A DNA stretch of 64,000 nucleotides from NCBI GenBank assembly GCA_963726455.1, contig CAVSCK010000004.1, forward strand, positions 416,001 to 480,000, written 5' to 3'. The notes below the pieces were generated by a model, which saw only the letters and a list, made by a program, of their open reading frames with translations, did not search any database and was not told where the DNA came from. Made by a program: the position numbers and the translations under genes. Position 1 is the stretch's first letter. Every line of letters begins with the position of its first letter. Below, piece by piece: positions 10,377-19,720 of this stretch. Source of the stretch: an uncultured bacterium (GTDB taxonomy: Bacteria > Zixibacteria > MSB-5A5 > CAIYYT01).

Positions 10377-11213
10377 ATGTCGCAGCCAAATGAAAATGAG
10401 CGCGCCTTTCCATTTCTTAAATTCAATGATCGCCCGCCCAAGCCTCGCGTACGCGGCATCACCGAGATTCGCGGCCCGTATTACACGGTCATGGGCAAGC
10501 GATACTTGCAGGACGTGTTGGAAACGATGGGCGCCTACATTGACACTCTCAAATTTGCCGGCGGGTCTTTCAGTCTAATGCCCCGAAAAGTGGTCAAGGA
10601 ATTGAACGAGCTTTGCCACGCATACGATGTCAAGGTCTCGACCGGTGGATTTATCGAGCGCATCCTCACGTACGGACAGGACGCCGTCGCGAAATACATC
10701 GAGGAATGCAAGTCACTTGGATTTGACGTCATCGAGATTTCCAGTGGCTTCATAACCATGCCCTCGGACGATTGGCTGCGGCTGATTGAGAAGGTTCAGG
10801 ACGCTGGCCTCAAGGCGAAACCGGAAGTTGGCATTCAGTTCGGTGCGGGTGGTGCGACGGCTGAGGCGGAATTAGCGGCCGAGGGCACTCGCGATGTCGG
10901 TTGGGCGATCCAGCTTGCCAAGAAATTCATTGCTGCTGGCGCCTACCAGATCATGATCGAATCTGAGGGCATCACCGAGAACGTCACGACCTGGCGCACC
11001 GATGTTGTGGCGCGGATCATCAATGAGTTGGGTTTGGAAAAGCCGATGTTTGAGGCCGCCGATCCGGAAGTGTTTGCCTGGTACATCAAGAATTATGGTC
11101 CGGAGGTGAATCTCTTTGTCGATCACAGCCAGATCGTGCAACTCGAATGCTTGCGCTCCGGCCTCTGGGGAACAAAGAATCTGTGGGGAAGAATCGTTAC
11201 CTACAAGGGTTAA
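10377..11213 (+). CDS. Phosphosulfolactate synthase (ComA)-like protein, HSA32-type clade
   Basis: KPRVRGITEIRGPYY, LKFAGGS, VSTGG, GFDVIEISSG, IMIESEG, MFEAA, YGPEVNLFVDHSQIVQLECLRSG. Confidence 0.88.
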   Translation: MSQPNENERAFPFLKFNDRPPKPRVRGITEIRGPYYTVMGKRYLQDVLETMGAYIDTLKFAGGSFSLMPRKVVKELNELCHAYDVKVSTGGFIERILTYGQDAVAKYIEECKSLGFDVIEISSGFITMPSDDWLRLIEKVQDAGLKAKPEVGIQFGAGGATAEAELAAEGTRDVGWAIQLAKKFIAAGAYQIMIESEGITENVTTWRTDVVARIINELGLEKPMFEAADPEVFAWYIKNYGPEVNLFVDHSQIVQLECLRSGLWGTKNLWGRIVTYKG

Positions 11214-11221
11214 GAAAGATT

Positions 11222-11254
11222 CGAAAACAAACGGCGGTTCAGGGAGAACCGCCG
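11222..11254 (-). terminator. Intrinsic terminator
   Basis: 9-bp stem CGGCGGTTC / GAACCGCCG (11232-11254) followed by TTTGTTTT on the minus strand. Confidence 0.65.
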
Positions 11255-11279
11255 CCTACCGAATCTCAATATAGTCCGG

Positions 11280-14092
11280 CTACTTACAGTCTGCTCCGGG
11301 TGCTCCGCCGTCGCTGAAGATGTAATTAATCATGTACACGGCGTCAGCGATATTTATGTCTCCATCACAGTTCGTGTCCGCTGTGCTCAGTGGCGTCGGC
11401 GCCGGGCCGTCGGCGAACATGTACACGATGAAGAACACGACGTCCGCAATATCGATCGATCCCGAGCCGTCCATGTCGCCGATGATCGGGCCGGCATGAA
11501 AGCGGAAGATGTCAGCCGCCGTGTTTGGTTTGGTAGCCCGAATGATGAATTTCTGGCCCTCTTGAAAATCAGTATTCGGGTCTGTCCCACCTCTTAACTC
11601 CGGTGTCACGACATAGAGAATGTCCATATCGTAGGCATCATTATTCGGTATTTTACTGGTATAGAATTCGTCGGGACTGGCAGAGTAGGTTGAGTTGAAT
11701 ATGAACAAATACTCGCGCGATGCGACACCAGATACTCCGGGGAACCACGTAGAATCGAACGTGAGTTGGCCATTGTTCTCTACGAATGCGGCGTTTAATT
11801 GCCGTGGGGGATTCGCAGACACATCCCAAATTGTGAACGGACAGTTGAAGTAGCCGATGTATCCATAGTTGGGGTATCCACCACGCAGATAGTCGTAGGC
11901 CCTTTGAGTATTCGTTCTTGAGAAACGAACCTCGACGTCGACATAGTCGTCAGGAGTTATATTCGACCCAAAGAAGTCCGGACCCGTGAAAAGGCCACCG
12001 TAAAACAACGTGGCACCAAAATTGCAGCCCGTCATCCACCTGGTGCCGCCTTCCCAAACCCAGTCCTTAATTCCGGGCGCAGGGCTTATCGTCCGCACCA
12101 TCATACCGTCGGATACGGGGAAGTTGAAATCGTTTTCCTGATGCGTCTGGAAGGAGAAACAGAACATTCCGCTCGTCAGATCGCGTAAGTTCCAGGATCG
12201 ATCAAAATTGAAATTGACTTCGTAATCATGTCCGGTAATCTGATTCGGGTCTAGGTATTCGATAACTACCATGCCCTCACTGTTACCTGCGACGTGCACC
12301 GCTGTGTCAGAAACCAATCCCGGATTCGCTTCGGGAGTAACCTCATAGGCGATGATAGGAGTTTCCATTCGTCTCGGTCAGGTGACCCAACAGATAGCCG
12401 AATTTAGTCGAGCAAGGGAGTGATATTCAGGTGGTCGTACGAATATGCCGTCACTGCAAAGAAGTATGGTTGGCCGTTGACGAGTGGAGCTCCGTCAATT
12501 TGGCTGGCGGCGACAGTCTTGTCAAAGCGAATGCCGGAGTTCGACCCGCTCTGCACGATCACTCGTTCATAGCCGCCGTGTTCGGGGTCGTAAACATCTT
12601 TGTATATCAGGGCCACGTCGTTGACCAGATCGTAGGTGGCAAACTTGTGCCAGGGTCCGTTAATCGTCTCCCCTTGAAAGAGATTGAATCCCTCGAATTC
12701 AAATCTGACCACGCCAAAGGGGAAATCATTAACATATCCAACCGGTTCCGATCCCCAGACAATGTCAACCGAGCCGTTGCCCGGTCTGAGATAAACAGAA
12801 GGCGAGGGCATTGTACTGTTGATGTCAGAAGAACCGTACAGCTCTCGAACGAACTCCGCGTTTTGTTTCAAAACACTAACGGAACCAATAGGGTCTTGTC
12901 CTTGTCCGACAAGTACCGCGACCACTACTTCTTGCGAATCACCCGGCATCATCGTGAATGGCCCCGCATTAAGCATCATTCTCTTGTCGGCAGGAGTTCC
13001 GTCCAGCCAACCGGTAACTGTTACCGGATCGCCCGACGCAACGAACTTTGTCGGCTGCCCGTTCATCGGATTTATTACAGTTGACCCGTCGCGATTTAGC
13101 CCCTTCATATAGTTATAGGTCGCAGTCGGATTATCAGGATCAGTGCCGTTAACATAGCGATTGAATGATGTCATGGAGAGATTGCGGTGGCCTGGATACT
13201 TTCGTCCGAAGAATGCCGCCGTATCTCCTGCGCCTCCGGGTACCATCGGACCTTGCAGGAACATGAGACCCACCGCCGGCGGCGCGATACCATAGAGATT
13301 GTCAGCTCCGGAATTGTAACAGTACCCGAGCAAGTTTGCCGAATCACAGCCGACCAAGTCGTCGCTGGCCTCGCCCAGATCAGGGTCGAACCAGAAGGAC
13401 ACAAAAGTGCTGTCAAGCAAATTGCCGCCCTTATTGAAGATCTTGAAATTCATGTAGATTACGTTGCCCAGAGCGCCGGCCCGCGCAAACGCATACGAAG
13501 ACTGCCGTATCTCGACACCAAGCGGCACCGTTGAACCTGCGGCATTGGTATGCTTTGACGGATCAGCGTCATTACAAACCGACCAAGTCATTTGATCGCC
13601 AAGAACTAAAGGATTGCCGGTCGAATCGAGTGGGGCTCCCTGGTCAACCGGCCAATTTGCCCAATCGGAATTGCTTTCTGAATTGTCGCCACGGTTGATC
13701 TCATAGACTTTGAAAGCGGGTTGGTCGGGTATGTATGTGCCGTTCTGCATTGGTCCCGGCGTGTATTCCGACGTATATTCGGCTAGCGTAACTCGGGTCT
13801 GCCCTCCGATCTTTGCACCAATCCAAATCCCAGCGCCATAAATGCAGTGAAGATTGGTTCCTCTGGGATAATAAAGACCGTCATTCCGCCCCATAGATGC
13901 GGTCTTGTCGTACGCAAAATTCCCGAAATTACTGACAAACATATCGAGCGAATTGATGTTTATCCTGTGCACCGCATCAATAATGAGAGCCCGAGGTGTC
14001 ACAGTTGGTTTTATGGGTTTTGCGGGAGCGCCCCAAACTATTTGAGCGCATAGAATTAGAGCCGTCAAGAAGACTATTCCGCAGCGGTGCAT
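11280..14092 (-). CDS. Large secreted protein with C-terminal dockerin-like domain, split by frameshifts at about 12370-12407
   Basis: ORFs 12404-14092 (signal peptide, ININSLDMFVSNFG...GIWIGAK, DDLVGCD, FEGFNLFQ, YFFAVTAY) and 11280-12368 (ends GDMDGSGSIDIADVVFFI...GGAPGADCK). They are bridged by the third-frame peptide KFGYLLGHLTET. Confidence 0.75.
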
Positions 14093-14130
14093 ACTGCCTC
14101 CTAAGTAATCGAGATAATTATATCACAGAC

Positions 14131-14159
14131 AGTATAATCCAAGTTGGAAAAATTGTCAA
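14131..14159 (-). promoter_or_regulatory. Sigma70-type promoter
   Basis: TTGACA-N17-TATACT on the minus strand, about 40 nt upstream of the 14092 start. GGAGG RBS present. Confidence 0.7.
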
Positions 14160-14411
14160 TCGCTTTTTGCGTTAGCTACTGTCACCCTGATGTCTTGAGG
14201 CTGCACTGAACCCCCCATAGAACTTTCGCAACGTATCGTTGCTCTGGTGGTAGGGGAGTATAGCACCCCAAGTGATCATTCCTTTGGTCACCACAGCTGT
14301 ATATGGGCTTGCTCCGGGTTCGCCGGAGCTGAGTCGAATCAGGGAGTTAGTAAGGACTCCCTGTCCTGTCCGGAGTTAGATCGACTTCAGAGGGGTAGCA
14401 GCATCAGGGAT

Positions 14412-14939
14412 TCACTTGCAGCTCGCACAAGGCGCCGGACCACCACTGAAGATATACTGGATCACATACACGGCATCTGAGATATCAACTGCCAGATCGC
14501 AATTGGCGTCCCCGGCGGCCAGCGGATTCGGAGCGGGACCGCCGGCGAAAATGTATTGAATCAGATGAACAGCGTCTGAGATGTCGACCGAGCCGTCCCC
14601 ACTGGCGTCGCCGCACACATATGTCTTGAAGGCCTGCCAGTACCCCTGGCTGACGCCGTAGTTCGTCGAAGTCCCGCGACCGACTACCGTTTGGCCCGCA
14701 GTTCCTGTTAGAGCAAAATGTGTCGAGGATCCATGATTGCCGCCGGCCGATACGACCTGCCACTTGATTCGCTCTCCGGTCCGCGGAGAATTCGATGCGG
14801 GTGGTGCTGTTTGTCCAGTGCCGTTTATTTCATTTGACTTGGTTGCATCCGACGTCCTGACGTCAGAGCCAAAGGCGTTGGTTAGACCCAGCAAAGACAA
14901 GGTGGCAATCAACAGCGGGAAGTACTTTATTTTATTCAT
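14412..14939 (-). CDS. Small secreted protein with dockerin-like C-terminus
   Basis: Signal peptide, WQVVSAGG...GTAGQ...SQGYWQ domain, then [23 protein letters not shown]...GGPAPCASCK. Confidence 0.8.
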   Translation of the reverse strand: MNKIKYFPLLIATLSLLGLTNAFGSDVRTSDATKSNEINGTGQTAPPASNSPRTGERIKWQVVSAGGNHGSSTHFALTGTAGQTVVGRGTSTNYGVSQGYWQAFKTYVCGDASGDGSVDISDAVHLIQYIFAGGPAPNPLAAGDANCDLAVDISDAVYVIQYIFSGGPAPCASCK

Positions 14940-14948
14940 TAGGTCCAC

Positions 14949-16895
14949 CTACTTTCCTAGATCGTGTTTTAGCGCCGCCATCTCAGCCTGGAGAGCCATT
15001 ATCGCCGCCTTCAGCCGATCGTTTTCACATTTCACTGTCTCAACATTACCTTTCAACTGTTCCTTTTCTTTTTCCAGGGTTTGGATAGCGATCATCATTA
15101 TCCCCGCCATATCACCGGAGTTGATGGTTGTCGGCGTTCCGCTGGTGCCGACACCGTCCTGCCCAAAGGCTGCAAAGAAGTCCTGGGCAACCGGGCCGTA
15201 ATGGCGGAACCTCTGCGGGTCCTGGCCTTTGTAGTTCCAGCTAGTGAGATTCATGCTTTGAATCTTTCTGAGAACTTCATCACCGTCTACAGGCGCGAAG
15301 TTCTCCTTTTGATTTCTGTCCGAGGTGTAGGTATATGCGACTTGGCCTTCGATGACTGTGACGGATGAGTTGCCCAGACGAATCTTGTTGCTGGTATTGA
15401 CGACTGCTCCATTGCCGATAGCCGTGGCGTTAGTCAGCAGGCCGGAGGTAACATTCGCTGCGTATCCTAACGCCGTGTTACCGCTACCGGACGTATTGAG
15501 ATCAAGTGCATACATCCCAATGGCGGTGTTGCCTACACCGTCAGTGTTGCTCCCAAGCGCGCTTAGTCCGGTGGCCGTGTTACCGCTACCGCTGGTATTG
15601 CTCTGGAGCGCACTCAATCCGCTGGCAGAGTTGTAGCTGCCAGTCGTGTTGCTGTAGAGCGCTCCGCTGCCGTTAGCAGTATTTTGATTACCAGTGGTGT
15701 TGCGTAGGAGTGCATCGACCCCACTTGCAGTATTGTTGTTACCGGTGGTGTTACCGGAGAGGGCACCCCTTCCGCTGGCGGTATTCTTGTAGCCCGAAGT
15801 ATTGTTTAGGAGCGCGCTATCCCCGGTTGCGGTGTTGTAATTGCCCGTCGTGTTTCCAAAGAGAGAATTGGTCCCGTTAGCGGTATTGTAGCTGCCGGTA
15901 GTGTTGTGGAAAAGTGCAAGGTGACCACTAGCGGTATTAAATGTACCGGTTGTGTTGTTGTAAAGAGAACTGTCCCCGGTTGCAGTGTTGCGGTCGCCGG
16001 TAGTATTGTAGTAAAGTGCACCTCCTCCGGTGGCAGTGTTCGAACCTCCGGTAGTATTGGAGTACAGTGCCCAGGTGCCACTGGCAGTGTTGAAGTTGCC
16101 TTCGGTGTTGCTTTGGAGCGCTCGTGTCCCGTTGGCCGTGTTGGAAGAACCGGTCGAATTTAATCCTAGGGCTACAGACCCGGTTGCGGTGTTCCCAGAA
16201 CCGGTCGTGTTACTGGAAAGTGCGCTGCCTCCGATAGCTGTGTTCAGGTTGCCGGTAGTATTGGACCATAGTGCGGAGCTGCCATCGGCGGTGTTGCTGA
16301 TTCCGGAAGTGTTATTACTGAGCGTACCAGAACCCGTGCCCGTGTTGTAACTCCCGGTCATCGTCGTCACGTTGCCGGCATTCGTGCCGATGAAAGTATT
16401 TCCGGTGCCGAAATTGTGAATGAAAAGAAATCCACCTTTCAGGATGTTGCCCGACGTTACGCCGGATGTGTCTAGCTCGATGTTGCCTCCGATTGCGCCG
16501 CCAGTGGAACCGTCAAGTGTGCTGATCCGGAATGCATACGGAGCAGTCACAAGCCGAGTCCGGGGAACGATTTCGGGATCAGTACCAATCTTGATTCCGA
16601 GATAGGTAACGGAGCTTTCAAAGCTTGCATTCGTAATTGGCGTGATCGATCCCAGGTCAACCGTAAAGAGACCATTGGAGGTAGTCACAGACTGGGTTTC
16701 CGTCCAGATCGCAGTACCACCTGCGGCAACGTTGTATATTGAGAAGACCACCGAATAAGAACCGTCCGTAACGGGCGTTCCTCCGCTTGTCATGAGAGTC
16801 CCCTGGTAGTTTATCATCGTGGGCGGGGCCGCGAATACACTCGCTGCCAGCATCGCCAGTAGTAATGCCATGATGATAGGTGAATTAAAACGCAT
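14949..16895 (-). CDS. Secreted fibre/adhesin: Asn/Thr/Gly repeats plus peptidase S74 intramolecular chaperone and coiled coil
   Basis: Signal peptide, INYQGTL N-terminal domain, many NTATGxxALxxNTTG repeats, SDRNQKEN...WNYK...RHYGPVAQDF (S74), C-terminal coiled coil. Confidence 0.85.
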   Translation of the reverse strand: MRFNSPIIMALLLAMLAASVFAAPPTMINYQGTLMTSGGTPVTDGSYSVVFSIYNVAAGGTAIWTETQSVTTSNGLFTVDLGSITPITNASFESSVTYLGIKIGTDPEIVPRTRLVTAPYAFRISTLDGSTGGAIGGNIELDTSGVTSGNILKGGFLFIHNFGTGNTFIGTNAGNVTTMTGSYNTGTGSGTLSNNTSGISNTADGSSALWSNTTGNLNTAIGGSALSSNTTGSGNTATGSVALGLNSTGSSNTANGTRALQSNTEGNFNTASGTWALYSNTTGGSNTATGGGALYYNTTGDRNTATGDSSLYNNTTGTFNTASGHLALFHNTTGSYNTANGTNSLFGNTTGNYNTATGDSALLNNTSGYKNTASGRGALSGNTTGNNNTASGVDALLRNTTGNQNTANGSGALYSNTTGSYNSASGLSALQSNTSGSGNTATGLSALGSNTDGVGNTAIGMYALDLNTSGSGNTALGYAANVTSGLLTNATAIGNGAVVNTSNKIRLGNSSVTVIEGQVAYTYTSDRNQKENFAPVDGDEVLRKIQSMNLTSWNYKGQDPQRFRHYGPVAQDFFAAFGQDGVGTSGTPTTINSGDMAGIMMIAIQTLEKEKEQLKGNVETVKCENDRLKAAIMALQAEMAALKHDLGK

Positions 16896-17000
16896 AGTTG
16901 TCTCCTGGTGATTGGGTTCCTGGTTTCCTATTCTTAAATGGATGGTACTGTGATCGAAACGACCAGTACATGTACTTCTGAAATGCCCAGCGTTGTCCTC

Positions 17001-19694
17001 TTATTTGCAGGCGGCGCACGGTGCGGGTCCGCCGGAGAAAATGTAGCCGATGAGATACACCGCGTCTGAGATGTCGATCGACACGTCACAGTTGGCATCA
17101 CCTGCGAGAAGCGGAACCGGGGCTGGGCCTCCCGAGAAGATGTAGGCGATCAGGTGGACCGCGTCGGAAATGTCAATACTCCCGCCTCCGTCAGCGTCAC
17201 CGCAAACGTAGTCGCAGGCATCGCCGATGCCGTTGTGATTACTGTCGACTTGAGAGGGATTGGCGACAGTCGGGCAGTTGTCGCAGACATCGCCTATACC
17301 GTCCGCGTCTGTATCTGTTTGTAGAGGATTCGCTACTACAATGCAATTGTCACAGGCGTCACCTATGCCATCGCCATCAGAATCTGTCTGGATTGGATTC
17401 GCATTGATTGGGCAGTTGTCACACGCATCACCTACACCATCGCCGTCAGCGTCTTGCTGAGCAGCATTGGCAACACTCGGACAGTTATCTGATCCATCAA
17501 CCACTCCGTCGCAATCAAAATCGTTTTCACAGAAGGTCACTTTGGCCACGAAGGCGTCTTGAGCACCATTCCAACTGCCGTCAAAAGGAGTAGCGGTTGG
17601 GAAATCGGAAGACTGCGTATATCCTGTCACGTACGCGCTCCCCACCACGTCCACTGCGATGCCAGAGGCTCTCTCCTCATTGCTGCCCCCCAGGTAACTG
17701 CTATAGACCAGGATATTTCCGGCCGCACTCAGTTTCGTAACAAAGGCATCATAATTACCATTCCAGCTGCCGTCAAAAGGAGTAGCGGTAGGAAAATTGG
17801 AAGAACTAGTCTCTCCCGTCACGTAAGCGCTCCCCACCCCATCTACCGCGATTCCCTTGCCAGCGTCACCATTAATACCGCCAAGATAGCTGCTGTAGAC
17901 GAGGCTATTGCCGGCGGGACTCAGCTTTGTCACAAAAGCGTCATAATATCCATTCAAGCTGCCGGCAAAGGGATTAGCGGTCGGGAAATTGGGAGAAACG
18001 GTCTTTCCCGTAACGTACGCACTCCCCGTCCCGTCCACCGCGATGCCCGCGCCACCATCATCACCACTGCCACCCAGATAACTGCTGTAGACCAGGCTAT
18101 TGCCGCCCGGACTCACCTTCGTCACAAAAGCGTCATACACTCCCTCAATGGTACCGTCAAAAGGGGTGACGGTCGGGAAATCGGATGAAGAGGTCAATCC
18201 CGTAACGTACGCGCTCCCCGCACCATCCACCGCTATGCCCTCGCCCACTTCACTACTACTGCCGCCGAGATAACTGCTGTAGACCAGGCTGCTGCCAACC
18301 GGGCTAAATTTTGTTACGAAGGCGTCCTGGCCGCCATTGTAGCTGCCGTCAAAGGGAGTAACGGTTGGAAAATCGGATGAGAAGGTCTGTCCCGTCACGT
18401 AGGCGCTCCCCGTACCATCCACCGCGATGCCCCAGCCATCGTCAGTACTACTGCCACCGAGATAAGTACTGTAGACCAAGGCATTGCCACTCGGACTTAG
18501 TTTCATCACAAAGGCGTCATAATTACCAGTCAAACTACCGTCAAGAGGTGAAGCTGTAGGGAAATCGGATGAAAAAGTAATTCCCGTCACGTAAGCGCTT
18601 CCCGCCCCATCCACTGCGATGCCCTTGCCCTGATCACTACCGCTGCCACCGAAATAACTGCTGTAAACCAGATTATCGCCGCCCGGATTCATTTTCGTCA
18701 CGAAGACGTCGTAATTTCCATTCCAGCTGGCGTCAAAAGGAGTAACGGTAGGGAAATCGGCGGAAAAGGTGATTCCCGTAACGTATGCGTTACCAAGCCC
18801 ATCTACTGCGATGCCGTTGCCATAATCATAACTACTACCTCCGAGGTAGGTGCTGTAGGATAGCACCGGGTCGATCACCACCGGAAGCGATCGATCATAC
18901 TCAGCCCCGAGAGTGAAGCCAAAACTGTGGCTATCCGCGACTCGATACGCGCCCGAAATCGCCGTCGTCTTCGCTCCGTCCATCTGATAGACTACCGGCG
19001 CCTTCTCGGTAACAGTCCCCCAGGCCGTCTCGATCACCAGATCACCGTTTGCCGTTTACCGTCAGCGATTTGTCCCCTTCGTACTGAATTCTGATCTGCG
19101 AGTAATCAGCTCCCGGCGGTACGATGAAATCATACTCCATCTGGCGACCGTCACCGTAGTACTTCAAGTCAATCCCCGGATAAACCTCTTGGTAGGTAAC
19201 CGACGTGTAGTTGGAAACATCCGTTCGCCATTTCGATTGGTCATTACCGAGGAAGTAGTCGCACTTGTATTCAAGCAGATTATCACCGACAAGTTGCGGA
19301 TTCAGGGGTTGCACCCGACGAAGCTGGCTTTGATCATCATGGTCTCGATGCTGTCCCGTTCATGTTCAGGCAGTCGCATCTGGTCAGCCATCGCGTCAGT
19401 TCCCGTGCCTGCTGCATCCGCCTTCGGGATACGCCTCGTAAACTGATAGTAAGCGCCATTGGGTGTGAACCACATGGTTGCCCCACCGGCGTTGGCACGG
19501 AACAGCACGTGATCGTCCCACTGACCTTGATTCTGAGTAAATGCCAAGGGCATCTGGTGCATTTTCGCGACGATGTTTCCCTTGTCGTCAGCTTGATGAA
19601 TCGCACTTTTCTCAAGTGACTTTGCTGTGGTATTGGCCTGAATTGCCAGCAGGCTCAATCCCGTCATCAGCATCAGCGTTATCAACTTAGACAT
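17001..19694 (-). CDS. Secreted SBBP-repeat protein with TSP3 repeats and dockerin, interrupted by two frameshifts (about 19305 and 19045)
   Basis: Three consecutive ORFs (19302-19694, 19042-19314, 17001-19037) are colinear with the intact paralog at 19721-22105. YSSYLGGS...IAVDGxGSAYVTG repeats, [13 protein letters not shown] repeats, dockerin ending CAACK. Confidence 0.82.
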
Positions 19695-19720
19695 GTGATT
19701 TCTTCCTGTCGTGAGATGTT

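Noticed and set aside
10377-11213. Evidence for coenzyme M biosynthesis
   Set aside because: No other CoM pathway genes are in the window, and the protein looks like the divergent HSA32-type clade.
14311-14340. GCCGGAGCTGAGTCGAATC as an att duplicate of the tRNA-Leu 3' end
   Set aside because: The match needs gaps and mismatches. It is better explained as a small hairpin (GCTCCGG-GTTCG-CCGGAGC) next to a second one at 14340-14363.
14949-16895. Tail-fibre gene as a sign of prophage
   Set aside because: It has a Sec signal peptide, and no capsid, terminase, tail or integrase genes are nearby.
16968-16998. CAACGCT...AGTACAT upstream of the fibre gene as another ECF motif copy
   Set aside because: The spacing is one base short and both elements deviate, so it was not counted.
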